64,000 bases of DNA from Candidatus Methanomethylophilaceae archaeon. GTDB taxonomy: Archaea; Thermoplasmatota; Thermoplasmata; Methanomassiliicoccales; Methanomethylophilaceae. Below, piece by piece: positions 32,622-42,903 of the stretch (positions within the stretch are counted from its first letter, which is position 1; each line of letters opens with the position of its first letter). The position numbers and the translations under genes are program-made. The stretch is from the NCBI GenBank assembly GCA_944320495.1, contig CALUHR010000005.1, forward strand, positions 224,001-288,000. Direction: 5' to 3'. The notes beneath the pieces are model-generated. The model made no database searches and was not told where the DNA came from. It saw nothing but the letters and a program-made list of their open reading frames with translations.

Positions 32622-33485
32622 ATGCCCAAAAGCAACGATGCGATCCTGGCAGGGCAGTATAGGAAGCTCGACAGGACCAAGAACCGCGCCGTCCGCGACA
32701 AGCAGGCGTACGCGAGATACAACAGCAAGGCCGACAAGTACCGCTCCGGCACCGGGCACGGCATCGCCGTGTTCAGCCCCGTGTCGAAATCGGATACGTG
32801 GACCTACTCCGAGACCGGCGGCGAGACGAACGCCAACCGCAACCAGTACGGGGAGAAGGCCCCCGACAGGTCCTCCGGCATGGGCTTCGACGAGCACACC
32901 AAGATGCTCGCGAAGCAGATCGAGGCGGCCGAGAAGGACGCCAAGGACGCGAAGAAGAAGAGGAAGACGGCCAGGAGCGAGATGCTCGAGGCCCGCAACC
33001 AGCACATCGCGTACAGGATGGCCCAGGGCAAGGCCCACGGCGTCGTCGTGTACAGCACCAGGGCCAAGCCCGTCGTGGGCGAGGTCGAGGTGCCCAGCAG
33101 GCACGGTTCCTACAACCGCTACCCCGTCGACGAGGACGGGAGGATCCCCGCGAGGGAGGTCAGGAGGATCGTGGACGAGCGCGTCGGATACTCCGGCGTG
33201 GACGACGGAAGGACCGCCAGGAGGGTTTACCCGTCCAGGCCGACCCCCCAGATGATGGACGACTACCTCGCGAGGCCGAACAGGTCCGACATCGTCGGCA
33301 TCGATGCGCCGAAGGGAACCAGGCCGACGGTGGACGCGAGGACGTACAAGAAACCGAAGACCGCGTCCGCCAGCGGATCCTGCAAGGCGAAGGCCAAGGC
33401 GCCCGCGAAGTCCGCTTCTAAGAAAGCACCCGTGAAGAAGACTCCGGCCAAGTCCACCAAGGCCAAGACCTCCGGGAGGCGCTGA
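32622..33485 (+). CDS. Array gene 1, SDIxGID family, tail ...KAKTSGRR
   Basis: RPNRSDIVGIDAP motif plus tail. Confidence 0.8.
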   Translation: MPKSNDAILAGQYRKLDRTKNRAVRDKQAYARYNSKADKYRSGTGHGIAVFSPVSKSDTWTYSETGGETNANRNQYGEKAPDRSSGMGFDEHTKMLAKQIEAAEKDAKDAKKKRKTARSEMLEARNQHIAYRMAQGKAHGVVVYSTRAKPVVGEVEVPSRHGSYNRYPVDEDGRIPAREVRRIVDERVGYSGVDDGRTARRVYPSRPTPQMMDDYLARPNRSDIVGIDAPKGTRPTVDARTYKKPKTASASGSCKAKAKAPAKSASKKAPVKKTPAKSTKAKTSGRR

Positions 33486-33487
33486 CC

Positions 33488-33928
33488 ATGGTCGACTACT
33501 CCGACATCGTCGGGAACAGCATCGTGGCCAGCGTCATCCAGTCTGACCCCGACACCTTCGAGGAAGTCGTGGCCAAGGCCGTGAGGACGACATCCAGCCG
33601 CAGCCAGGCCGCATCCAAGGTCGAGGACTACGTCAACGACGTCCTCTGGGACGTCATCAACGGTATGGAGGAGTACGAGCCCATCGCCTACTCCCTCGCA
33701 TACTACGGGATGCAGTCGATGGAGTACGACGGCATCGGCGACGACATGACCCTGATCGTGGACACCTACATCAGGGAGAACGGCCCCAAGGCCGCATCCG
33801 TCAGGCGTTCCCCGAACGGCAGGTCCGCACCCAAGCCCAAGTCCGCAGCCTGCAAGCCCAAGGCCAAGGCACCCGCGAAGAGGACGCCCGCCAAGTCCGC
33901 CAAGGCCAAGACTTCCGGGAGGCGCTGA
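33488..33928 (+). CDS. Array gene 2, acidic core plus tail
   Basis: Ends KAKTSGRR. Confidence 0.8.
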   Translation: MVDYSDIVGNSIVASVIQSDPDTFEEVVAKAVRTTSSRSQAASKVEDYVNDVLWDVINGMEEYEPIAYSLAYYGMQSMEYDGIGDDMTLIVDTYIRENGPKAASVRRSPNGRSAPKPKSAACKPKAKAPAKRTPAKSAKAKTSGRR

Positions 33929-33930
33929 CA

Positions 33931-34368
33931 ATGTCCTACAACGGATACAGGAACAGCGCCACCTGGGGCGTCGCGCTGATCTTCGGCAACGACTACGGCT
34001 ACTACCAGCTGTCCAGGGAGTGGGTCGAGGCATGCGCCCGCAAGGGGATGACCAAGGCCCAGGCCAAGGGGAGGATCGCCGAGCTCATCGAGAACGAGGT
34101 CGACCACGAGTGGGACGGGGCCTACGACGCCGTCGCCCGCGTCGGGCCGATCGCGTCCCAGCTGCTCCCGTCCCTCGGGAGCATGGAGATCGACTACGGC
34201 GAGGTGGCCGACGGCATGCTCGAGGACTACTCCGACCTCAGGAAGGAGTGCGCGTCGTCCTCCGCCAGGCCGAAGGCCGGGAGCGCTGCGTGCAAGTCCA
34301 AGGCACCCGCGAGGAAGTCCCCGGCGAAGTCCTCCAAGCCGAAGTCCAAGACCGCAGGGAGGCGCTGA
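33931..34368 (+). CDS. Array gene 3, YNGxxNxxTW family
   Basis: MSYNGYRNSATW; ends KSKTAGRR. Confidence 0.8.
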   Translation: MSYNGYRNSATWGVALIFGNDYGYYQLSREWVEACARKGMTKAQAKGRIAELIENEVDHEWDGAYDAVARVGPIASQLLPSLGSMEIDYGEVADGMLEDYSDLRKECASSSARPKAGSAACKSKAPARKSPAKSSKPKSKTAGRR

Positions 34369-34369
34369 C

Positions 34370-34750
34370 ATGCTCCCTCAGACGTTCGAAGGGGAGGACG
34401 GCTTCGTCTCCGAGGTCGTCTACTACACCCTCTGCAAGAGGATCGACAGGCTCATGGACTCCCTGTACCGCAAGGGCGTGAAACCCCGCGACATGCGCAG
34501 TGACATCAGCGGGCTGATCGATTCGGAGATCGGAAAGGTGAACGCCGCCGGCATGAGGCCGGACGCCACCCTCACGGAAGCCCTGGCATACGCGATCGCC
34601 GACTGGTACTACGAGGAGAGGAACGATGTCGTCCAGTTCTGCATCGACAACTATGTCCCTCCCAGCGGTTCCAAGGCATCCAGGCCCAAGGCACCCGCCA
34701 AGAAGTCCCCGGCGAAGTCCTCCAGGCCGAAATCCAAGGGGAGGCGCTGA
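34370..34750 (+). CDS. Array gene 4
   Basis: Ends PKSKGRR. Confidence 0.8.
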   Translation: MLPQTFEGEDGFVSEVVYYTLCKRIDRLMDSLYRKGVKPRDMRSDISGLIDSEIGKVNAAGMRPDATLTEALAYAIADWYYEERNDVVQFCIDNYVPPSGSKASRPKAPAKKSPAKSSRPKSKGRR

Positions 34751-34752
34751 CC

Positions 34753-35214
34753 GTGGCCCGGAGTCCCATCCGCATAGACTACGGTCATGTGAGCGGGATG
34801 GCACTGGACATCGTCGTGGTGTACGAGCCGAAGTTCTCCGACACCCTCTGGGAGTGCGTCTCCGAGGGCATGGGCAAGGCCGACTGCATCGAGGAGCTCC
34901 GCTACTACCTCTACCACGGTGCCGAGCTCGCCGTCGGCAACACTAGGTTCGCCCCCGATCCCGACACCCCGCAGGACGAGCTCGACCTTTGCAGGAACAT
35001 CGCCCTCAGGGGCGTCGACGACTACCAGGCGAGCGGGGAGGCCGACAGGGCCGCCAGTATCCTCGTGAACGACAACTACGAGAGGTTCAGGGCAGCCGTC
35101 AGGGACCACGGGAGCGGATCCCGCAGGACCGCTCCGAGGGGCGGTGCCAGCAGGCCGAAGGCCAAGGCACCCGCCAGATCTTCCAAGCCCAAATCCAAGG
35201 GGGTGAGGAGATGA
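34753..35214 (+). CDS. Array gene 5
   Basis: GTG start; ends KPKSKGVRR. Confidence 0.75.
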   Translation: MARSPIRIDYGHVSGMALDIVVVYEPKFSDTLWECVSEGMGKADCIEELRYYLYHGAELAVGNTRFAPDPDTPQDELDLCRNIALRGVDDYQASGEADRAASILVNDNYERFRAAVRDHGSGSRRTAPRGGASRPKAKAPARSSKPKSKGVRR

Positions 35215-35645
35215 CCTACAACGGTTGGGCCAACCGCCCCACCTGGGCGATAGCCCTCTGGTTCGACAACGACGAGGGCCTGAGTTCCATGAAGGACGAA
35301 TGGATCCAGGATGCCGCCGATCAGGGGATGTCCTATGAGGAGGCCGAGGACTACGTCTGGGACCGTCTCGAGGAGTACGTTGAGGAGGAGTACGCCGAGG
35401 CATGCGACTCCGTCAACCCCATGATCGCCGACGCGCTGCTGATGTCCCCCGGAATGGCCAACATCGTCTTCTCCGAGATCGTCAGAGGGTTCCTCCGTGA
35501 CGCGGACTACAGGCCCGCGGCGTCCGGTTCCAAGAAGCGGAAGGTCGGGGGCGTTCCCAAGAGCGGTTCCAAGGCTGTCAAGCCCAAGGCGAAGACGCCC
35601 GTGAAGAAGGCGTCCAAGCCGAAGTCGAAGAGGGTCCACAGATGA
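35211..35645 (+). CDS. Array gene 6, YNGxxNxxTW family
   Basis: MTYNGWANRPTWAIALWFDND; ATGA overlap; ends KSKRVHR. Confidence 0.8.
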   Translation: MTYNGWANRPTWAIALWFDNDEGLSSMKDEWIQDAADQGMSYEEAEDYVWDRLEEYVEEEYAEACDSVNPMIADALLMSPGMANIVFSEIVRGFLRDADYRPAASGSKKRKVGGVPKSGSKAVKPKAKTPVKKASKPKSKRVHR

Positions 35646-35998
35646 CCCGCTATCGCACGCCCGACGGCGACGTCATCGACGAGGGCGACCTCGAGGACGC
35701 AATCTACGCCGCATTCACCGAGGACGACTTCAGACGCTGGCTGGACTCGAACTACTCTGGGTTCGACTATGACAGGTACCACATCCCCGCGTCCGAGGTC
35801 CTGGACGTCATGGGAGAGTTCGACTACAAGTACCGCGAGACGGTGGACTCCATCGTCTCCGACTACGGGTCCGACTATCCGTCACTGGAGGACCTTGGAT
35901 TCGAGGAGCTCGACGACGATGACGATGAGTCCCACTCCAAGAGGCCGAAGGCCCGTCCCAAGACCTCCAAGCCCAAGTCCAAGGGGGTGAGGAGATGA
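35642..35998 (+). CDS. Array gene 7, very acidic core
   Basis: 31 D/E in the first 98 aa; the 20-aa tail has 10 K/R and no D/E. Confidence 0.8.
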   Translation: MTRYRTPDGDVIDEGDLEDAIYAAFTEDDFRRWLDSNYSGFDYDRYHIPASEVLDVMGEFDYKYRETVDSIVSDYGSDYPSLEDLGFEELDDDDDESHSKRPKARPKTSKPKSKGVRR

Positions 35999-36540
35999 TG
36001 TGGACCTATGAGGATAGGGACGGCGTCATCCGCGTCGCCGACGAGCAGGAGATCCTCTACAAGGTGACGCCCGACGCGGCCTTCGCCAAGTACCTGGACA
36101 ACGAGTTCTCCGAGATCGACATCCTAGACCGCACCTACGAGCCGTCGGAGGTGTTCATCGAATGGTCCGAGGATGACTTCGCCAGGGCTGCCTCCGAGTG
36201 GTTCAACGACGCCATCTTCCACCCGACCGAGAGGGACCTCTCCTACTTCGAGGAAATCGGAGTCTTCCCCGCGACCGAGGAGGACATCCGCAACGAGAAG
36301 GTGGACAGGGGCATCGACAGGGTCGGCAAGAGGTCCGCGGGACTACAGAACGCCCTCGGAAAGAGGGGTTCCGGCACCGCCAGGCCGAAAGCCGGCGGCA
36401 GGATGACCATCAGGCCGAGGGCGAAGCCGAAGACTCCCGTGAAGAAAGCGTCCAAGGCGAAGTCCGCGTCCAAGACCGCCAAACCGAAGACTCCCGTGAA
36501 GAAGACGTCCAAGCCCAGATCCAAGGGGGCCCGCAGATGA
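35995..36540 (+). CDS. Array gene 8
   Basis: Acidic core and a long tail ending RSKGARR. Confidence 0.8.
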   Translation: MMWTYEDRDGVIRVADEQEILYKVTPDAAFAKYLDNEFSEIDILDRTYEPSEVFIEWSEDDFARAASEWFNDAIFHPTERDLSYFEEIGVFPATEEDIRNEKVDRGIDRVGKRSAGLQNALGKRGSGTARPKAGGRMTIRPRAKPKTPVKKASKAKSASKTAKPKTPVKKTSKPRSKGARR

Positions 36541-36935
36541 CCGGCTCCGACTGGGCCAACTACGAGACGTGGCTCGTCCACGTCCACATGTTCAACGAAG
36601 AGTCCGTGCGGAAGGAGTTCCGCTCCGCCCTCGAGAAGAGGGCCAAGGAGGGGCTGGACCGCCGCACGGTCCGTGACATCGTCACGCATGATGTCCAGGC
36701 TTTCGTGGAGGAGACCGCCGAGGAGGCGTCCCGGCGCGTCCGCAACCCCATGATAGCCGATTTCATCGGATCCTTCCCGGGACGCATAGACTGCTCCCAG
36801 ATTGCCGACTCGTGGATGGAGGTCTACGACGGCATCGCCGCGGAGCAGGTGACATCCAGGTCCCCTTCCAAAGGGACCGCTCGCAACACACCGACGAGGA
36901 AGGGACAGAGGTCCCGCGCCCAGAGGTCGAGACGA
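36537..36935 (+). CDS. Array gene 9, NYETW family (ends at CGA 36933; standard-code end 36989)
   Basis: DWANYETWLVHVHMFNEE; the CGA lies just before the next gene's GGAGGTG RBS. Confidence 0.75.
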
Positions 36936-36955
36936 TCGAGGGGAGGTGTTTCTGA

Positions 36956-38125
36956 ATGGTTTACAACGGAAGATCGAAAGGAAAGATGAAATCGAGAGGA
37001 ATGGGAACGAAAGCCGGGAGGAGGCCTCCCGCATCCCGGTCGCTGAAGGCGGTCGTCACGCCCGACGTGTCGCCGGAGAGCCCCTTCGACGGCATGTCGA
37101 TGTTCGGTTCCCTTCTGATATGCGATCCGAGCGTCGGCAATACCCGCAACTACGTGTCCTTCGAGGATCTGGACGAGTTCTGCAACGCGAAGTTCGACAT
37201 AGACAGGTTCTACGATGAGGTCTACACCAGGAGCGAGAGGGACGTCGCCACATACATCCGTATGTACGGCGCACTGGCCGTGGAGGTCCGCGGCGCACTC
37301 ATCATCGCGGGCCACGAGCAGATCGTCCGCGAGTACGGCTACGACAACGCCGATTCGAGGGCGAAGGCCCTGGACCTCCTGAGAAACGAGGCCGAGATCT
37401 ACATGCAGTGGGCCGACGGGGACGTCTGGCAGGCCATCGTCTATGACGACCACACCGACGACGAGTCCGTCCCGGACAGAGTCGTCATCAGGTACGATCC
37501 CTGGGACGACGACGAGGACGGCGATATCGTGGACTCCCTGGGCGAACTGTACGGACAGGAGTACGCCGAGCAGGAAGCTAAGCGCATGATCGTCGACGAG
37601 AGGGAATCCCGCGGGCAGACCCCGAACTTCGCCAAGGGTTCGGCGTCGAGGAAGGCTCCAAAGAGCCGTTCCGCGTACAGTGCGAAGGGACGCCCTTCCG
37701 TCGGCCAGTATGACAGGGCGAGATACGCCAGGGCCACGAGCGGCGGACACTCGATTCTCAGGGTCTACTACGATCCGGGCGAGTCCGAGATGATGGGACG
37801 CCCCGTCTACGACGTGGTTGCCCGCAAGGCCGGCATCCCCGGGCTTATCTGGGGCAAGGACTACGACCCCGCCTCCGGCCTCTGGAGCGGAGGGGACTAC
37901 GACATCACGAGGGAGAAGCTCGAGAGACACGCGATGGGACATGACCTCATCCGCGAGTACGGGCAGATTCCCGCGGACGCGTTCGGGAGGTCCAAGGGCA
38001 TGAGCCAGACGTCCAGACCGAAGTCTAAGCCGAAGGTTCCCGCATCCAAGGCTGCCAAGCCGAAGTCCAAGGCGCCAGCGAAGAAGCCCGTCGCCAAACC
38101 CAAGGCGGAGGGGGGACGCAGATGA
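36956..38125 (+). CDS. Array gene 10, multi-domain
   Basis: Basic N-terminus, acidic domains; ends KAEGGRR. Confidence 0.8.
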   Translation: MVYNGRSKGKMKSRGMGTKAGRRPPASRSLKAVVTPDVSPESPFDGMSMFGSLLICDPSVGNTRNYVSFEDLDEFCNAKFDIDRFYDEVYTRSERDVATYIRMYGALAVEVRGALIIAGHEQIVREYGYDNADSRAKALDLLRNEAEIYMQWADGDVWQAIVYDDHTDDESVPDRVVIRYDPWDDDEDGDIVDSLGELYGQEYAEQEAKRMIVDERESRGQTPNFAKGSASRKAPKSRSAYSAKGRPSVGQYDRARYARATSGGHSILRVYYDPGESEMMGRPVYDVVARKAGIPGLIWGKDYDPASGLWSGGDYDITREKLERHAMGHDLIREYGQIPADAFGRSKGMSQTSRPKSKPKVPASKAAKPKSKAPAKKPVAKPKAEGGRR

Positions 38126-38562
38126 CCCTCCGCGACGAAGCCCCGCTGACCTTCGAGTTCGGCAACAACACCTGGCTCACCTGGGAGTACTACCGCGACA
38201 ACGAAGCCCTCTCCGAGTCCTGGACGGAGGAATGCGCCCGGGAGGGACTGACCCGCACCCAGGCCGTCGAGAGGATCGTCGGGAACATCAGGGACGATCT
38301 CGCCGACGCCTTCAGGGACGGCGTGTTCAGTACGCAGAACCCGGCGACTTCCGCGGTCCTGCTCCAGGACCCCGATCTCATGGACATCGACTACAGGCAG
38401 GTCGCCGTACGCATCGTCCATGCGTTCTGGCCCGAGGGGTCCGCATCCCCGAGAAGGGCGTCCAAGCCGAAGGCACCCGCGTCCAAGGCGAACAAGCCGA
38501 AGGCCAAGGCACCCTCCAAGAGGCCCACAACCAAACCCAAGTCCAAGGGGGGACGCAGATGA
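38122..38562 (+). CDS. Array gene 11, paralog of gene 3
   Basis: ECAREGLTRTQAVERI vs ACARKGMTKAQAKGRI; ends KSKGGRR. Confidence 0.8.
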   Translation: MTLRDEAPLTFEFGNNTWLTWEYYRDNEALSESWTEECAREGLTRTQAVERIVGNIRDDLADAFRDGVFSTQNPATSAVLLQDPDLMDIDYRQVAVRIVHAFWPEGSASPRRASKPKAPASKANKPKAKAPSKRPTTKPKSKGGRR

Positions 38563-39368
38563 AGGGCAGGACCGCAACCAGGTCCCCGTCCAAGCGCTCC
38601 GTCATCTACCCGGTCAGGGACGCGCCCTGCCCGGTCAGGACGACAGCGGGTTCCGACATCACGGACGACGTGATCCTGTTCCGCCGCAAGGGCAGGCAGG
38701 GGGACCCCGCCGCGTATCTCACGGACGACGGACGCTCCCTCATCGACCTCGTGGCCGCCAAGGCCGGCCCCGATGCCGCGGGAGGGTTCGCATCCCACAG
38801 GTTCCGCTCCGACGACACCATGACGAGGGCGCTCAGGGAGCTCGGCATATCCAACGAGGTCGTGGACGAAGGCATCCTGGCATCGGCTAGGGGCATCTAC
38901 GGCTACGAGTCCTACGACTACAGGATGTGGTCCAACGGCCACACCGGATACCGCGTCGCCCATGTGGAGGACCCCTCCGACGACACGGGCAGGAACCTCA
39001 TCGTGGACGACGAGTCGAAGATCCCTGGCAGGGTCATCTCGAAGGGGAACCGCATCTACTACAACGAGAGCAAGGCGGAGCTCCACGGTGCCGAGTTCGG
39101 CAGGGACAACGCCCCGAAGAGGGACTGGAGGTTCAGCCTGGCGTTCCGCGGGGATACCAGCGGGCTCACGGTCGAGGAAGTCTCCAGGCTCGGCTACGAC
39201 GGGCGCGACATGGAGGTCGGCGACGAGATGTCCGTCGGCCCCCTCGTGATCAGGAGAGTCAAGGGCGACGCCATGGACTACGTCTCGAGGTCTGGCTCGC
39301 CGAGATCGAAGGCCAAGGCGCCCGCCAAGAAGGCATCCAAACCCAAGTCCAAGGGGGTGAGGAGATGA
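38559..39368 (+). CDS. Array gene 12
   Basis: Paralog of gene 13 (RSPSKRSVIYP, DDPSDDTGR-like, NAPKRDWRF); ends KSKGVRR. Confidence 0.8.
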   Translation: MKGRTATRSPSKRSVIYPVRDAPCPVRTTAGSDITDDVILFRRKGRQGDPAAYLTDDGRSLIDLVAAKAGPDAAGGFASHRFRSDDTMTRALRELGISNEVVDEGILASARGIYGYESYDYRMWSNGHTGYRVAHVEDPSDDTGRNLIVDDESKIPGRVISKGNRIYYNESKAELHGAEFGRDNAPKRDWRFSLAFRGDTSGLTVEEVSRLGYDGRDMEVGDEMSVGPLVIRRVKGDAMDYVSRSGSPRSKAKAPAKKASKPKSKGVRR

Positions 39369-40222
39369 ACGGCAAGGCACCGAGATCCCCATCCAAGCGT
39401 TCCGTCATATATCCGGCGAAGAACGCGACCTGCCCCGTAAGGACCAAGGCGGGAAAGGACCCCGCGGCCAACTCGACACTCTACCGCTTCAGGGGCGACG
39501 TCGTCGGGGACCCGAACGCATACGTCACCGACGACGGGAAGACTCTCGTGGATCTCGTCGGAGCTGTGGCGGGTCAGAAGGATGCCGAGGAGTTCTCCGG
39601 ACACAGGTATCGCACCATCGACGCGCTTCTGGACCGTCTCGGGGGATTCGACATCTATGCGACTCGCTGCTCGGACCTCTCGATAGTCGCCGGGAGATAC
39701 AGCATAGTGTACGACGAGGCCAAGGATTATGACCGCTGGCTCGACGGCGACGTGTTCCGTGTCGCCGAGGTCGACGACCCGTCCGACGATACCGGCAGAA
39801 CCCTCTACGTCGATGATGTGTCTCAGATCCCCGGGCGTATAATCCGCAAGAGGCACGGTGTGTACTCTTACGAGGACGCACAGCACACGGCGGCGGAATT
39901 CGGCATGGAGAATGCCCCGAAGAGGGACTGGAGATTCTATGTCGGTCAGAGGCCTGGTGACAACTCCATCGGCTACGATGATGCGGTCAGACTCGGCTAC
40001 GACGGTCGTGACATGAAGGTCGGCGATTATATGGAGGTCGGGCCTCTCATAATCCAGAGGGTCGATGGCCATCTGTCGGGCTATTTCGCCCCGGACTCCG
40101 ACGGCTCCAAACCGATAACCAGGAGGACGGTCGGGCCGAAGGCTGGGACATCCGGCAAGGTACCAACCAAGACTCTCGCATCCAAAGCCACCAAGCCCAA
40201 GTCCAAGGGGGTGAGGAGATGA
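39365..40222 (+). CDS. Array gene 13
   Basis: Tandem paralog of gene 12; ends KSKGVRR. Confidence 0.8.
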   Translation: MNGKAPRSPSKRSVIYPAKNATCPVRTKAGKDPAANSTLYRFRGDVVGDPNAYVTDDGKTLVDLVGAVAGQKDAEEFSGHRYRTIDALLDRLGGFDIYATRCSDLSIVAGRYSIVYDEAKDYDRWLDGDVFRVAEVDDPSDDTGRTLYVDDVSQIPGRIIRKRHGVYSYEDAQHTAAEFGMENAPKRDWRFYVGQRPGDNSIGYDDAVRLGYDGRDMKVGDYMEVGPLIIQRVDGHLSGYFAPDSDGSKPITRRTVGPKAGTSGKVPTKTLASKATKPKSKGVRR

Positions 40223-40605
40223 GCGTCAGCGCGTTCGTCCACACGTACTTCATCAGATACCTGGAAGAGAAGGGCGTGGACATCTACGACTACGCCATGG
40301 AGCTGGCGGAGAGCGGCAGGGACTACTGGGACTGCGAGGAGGTGTTCGCGGACTACATCGAGCGTCTCGCCATCGAGTTCCAGTACGATGCGGCGGACTA
40401 CGCCGAGTCGGACATCACCACGATGCTCGTCGAGGACTGCCTCCTCAGGGAGGTCGTGGACTTCGACCTGTTCTTCGACAGGGACGGCAGCCCGCTGAAG
40501 GGCAGGTCCGGTTCCCGCAGGCCCGCGTCCAAGGCAACCGGGCCCAAGGCCAAGGCATCTGCCAAGAAACCCTCCAAGCCCAAGTCCAAGGGGGTGAGGA
40601 GATGA
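40219..40605 (+). CDS. Array gene 14
   Basis: Paralog of gene 16 (ADYIERLAIEFQ vs ADYIGRLAVEFQ). Confidence 0.8.
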   Translation: MSVSAFVHTYFIRYLEEKGVDIYDYAMELAESGRDYWDCEEVFADYIERLAIEFQYDAADYAESDITTMLVEDCLLREVVDFDLFFDRDGSPLKGRSGSRRPASKATGPKAKASAKKPSKPKSKGVRR

Positions 40606-41207
40606 CCGGGTACGGCTGGGAGTTCCCGGACGGAACCGTCATCCCCGTCGAGGACGGTTCCGCCGTCGAGGACAAACTCCTCTCGATGGACTCCTTCTGG
40701 GACAGGAACAGGAAGGACTGCCTCCGCCAGGGGCTGTTCTACCAGTGGTACTGCGACGAGATCGGGCGCGACATCGAGAACATGTCCGAGAGGGAGCTCT
40801 ACGACCACTTCGGCGTCAGATGCTCCGAGGACAGGGACGGGAAGGTCGTCTACGTCCTGCCCGAGGGTGACAGGACCGATGCGAGGGGACTCTTCGAGTG
40901 GATCGAGGAAGAGGGCTACCGCTACGACGAGTGGCTGGAGTTCAACTCCGACTGCTACGACTTCAAGGAGCTGGTGAAGAACGAGGCCGAGTATCTGACC
41001 TCCGACTACGGCAACGAGGAGTCCATGGGGTACTACGGCGTCAGGCTGGTACCGATGTCCTCCGGATCCAAGAGGCCGTCCAAGCCGAAGGCGAGGACTC
41101 AGGCGAGGAAACCCGTCTCGAAGTCCGCGTCCAAGGCATCCAAGCCCAAGGCCAAGGCTCCCGCGAGGAAAGCATCCAAGCCCAAGGCGAAGGGGGTGAG
41201 GAGATGA
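40602..41207 (+). CDS. Array gene 15
   Basis: Acidic, aromatic-rich core; ends KAKGVRR. Confidence 0.8.
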   Translation: MTGYGWEFPDGTVIPVEDGSAVEDKLLSMDSFWDRNRKDCLRQGLFYQWYCDEIGRDIENMSERELYDHFGVRCSEDRDGKVVYVLPEGDRTDARGLFEWIEEEGYRYDEWLEFNSDCYDFKELVKNEAEYLTSDYGNEESMGYYGVRLVPMSSGSKRPSKPKARTQARKPVSKSASKASKPKAKAPARKASKPKAKGVRR

Positions 41208-41596
41208 CCGCCGACGTGTTCGTCGCCCGCGCCTTCCTCAAGTACCTGGATGGGAGACGGGAGAGACACGATCTCTACGCCCTGAAGCTGGCCGACAGCG
41301 GCAGGACCGAACGGGAATGCGAGGACGCGTACGCCGACTATATCGGACGTCTCGCCGTCGAGTTCCAGCGGAGTGCGGTGAATGACGTCGATCCGGACGT
41401 CACGGAGCAGCTCGTCGAGGACTTCGACTTCCATGAGTTCGTGGACACGGGCTACTACTTCGAGTTCGACGGGACCCCGCGCGACAGGTTCGGCACCCGC
41501 AGGGCCGGGTCCGCGTCCAAGGCATCCAGGCCGAAGGCCAAGGCTCCCGCGAAGAAGCCCGCATCCAAGCCCAGGTCCAAGGGGGCGAGGAGATGA
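41204..41596 (+). CDS. Array gene 16
   Basis: Paralog of gene 14; ends RSKGARR. Confidence 0.8.
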   Translation: MTADVFVARAFLKYLDGRRERHDLYALKLADSGRTERECEDAYADYIGRLAVEFQRSAVNDVDPDVTEQLVEDFDFHEFVDTGYYFEFDGTPRDRFGTRRAGSASKASRPKAKAPAKKPASKPRSKGARR

Positions 41597-42903
41597 CCGC
41601 ACCCAGGCGCAGAGCATCCTCGAGGTCCGCCCGCTACGCGGGGGACCTCCCCAAGAGGATCCGCGACCACCCGTACCTGTCCGTCCCGGGAGGCGTCCTC
41701 CGCCTCCCCGACGGGACAAGGGTGTACGCCGAGTCGGACATCGAGCTCCTCGATGGCCAGGACGAGGGTCTCGTCTACTTCTGGACGGACGCGGTCGACG
41801 AGGAGGGCGGATACTACGGCATCGCGTTCTCCTTCGAACTCGACGAGCTCATGAGGACCCCCTGGAACAAGGTGGACTGGCAGGGACACATCGACGACGT
41901 GACCTACGAGCCGCCCGAGAGCGGTTCCAAAAAGCCCAGATCCAAGACCAAAGTCTCAAAGAGGCCCGTCTCCAAGTCCTCCAAGCCCCGCGTCTTCACC
42001 GTGGCCGATTGGGACGCGGGGAGGATCGGGGAGATGAGGCCCGGCGACGGGCTCGACAGGGAGCTGTACGACGGACTCCGCTGGAACGGCTACCCCTACC
42101 CCGCCGACCCCCGCGTCCTGGCGGCCAACGGTTGCATCCGCGGGTACTGTCTGGGGAAGGTCAGCGATAGGGGCAACTACACCTACGGCGAGACCCCCGA
42201 CGGGAGATACGTCTACCTCGGTCTCTCGATCCCGCTGGACGAGACGCCCTACACCATGGCCCTGTCCAACCCGAACAGCCTCGATTCCCGCTACGACGCC
42301 CGCGTCGCCGCGAAGGAGGTCGAGGCCGAGGAGAGACGCCAGAGGGAGTGGGCCAAGGATCCCCGCTCCAAGTACGTCGATGTGGACGAGTGCAGGATCT
42401 ACGGGGCCGTCGAGACGTTCGACGACCTCGTGGAATACTACACGCTCTTCAACCCGGAGTATGCGGAGCGTCTCCGCGACCCCGAGGTCGTTGGGTATCT
42501 GAGGGACTACTACGCCCACATGGACTGGGTGAGCCACGGGAACGGACCCAGCTACGACGAGGACGTGGACGGGGAGACGATGCTCAGCCATCTGTACGAC
42601 CTCACCGAGGAGGCCGAGTCGTTCCAGACGGAGTTCATGGAGGACGAGTACGAGAACGGCGACACCGACATGCTGGACTTCCTCAGACGCCGTGCGGCGA
42701 TCCAGAGGAGGTACGGAGTCGAACCAGACTGGAAGGATTCTTCCAGTGGTTCCAGGAAGGGCAAGACACCCTCCAAGGCGTCCAAGCCCAAGGCACCTGT
42801 CAGGAAGGCCGCCCCCAAGGCGGCCTCCAAGACCACCAAGCCGAAAGCGAAGACTCCCGCCAAGAGGCCCGCCGCCAAGCCCAAGACAAAGGGGGCGAGG
42901 CGA
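41593..42903 (+). CDS. Array gene 17, fused cassettes (ends at CGA 42901; standard-code end 43023)
   Basis: Internal tail remnant near aa 112-135 plus a terminal tail; CGATG junction. Confidence 0.75.

Noticed and set aside
35201-35214. Terminal GVRR as the essential signal
   Set aside because: GGG GTG AGG AGA TGA is the next gene's RBS plus ATGA, so these residues are explained by coupling. Only the longer K/P/S/A segment needs another explanation.
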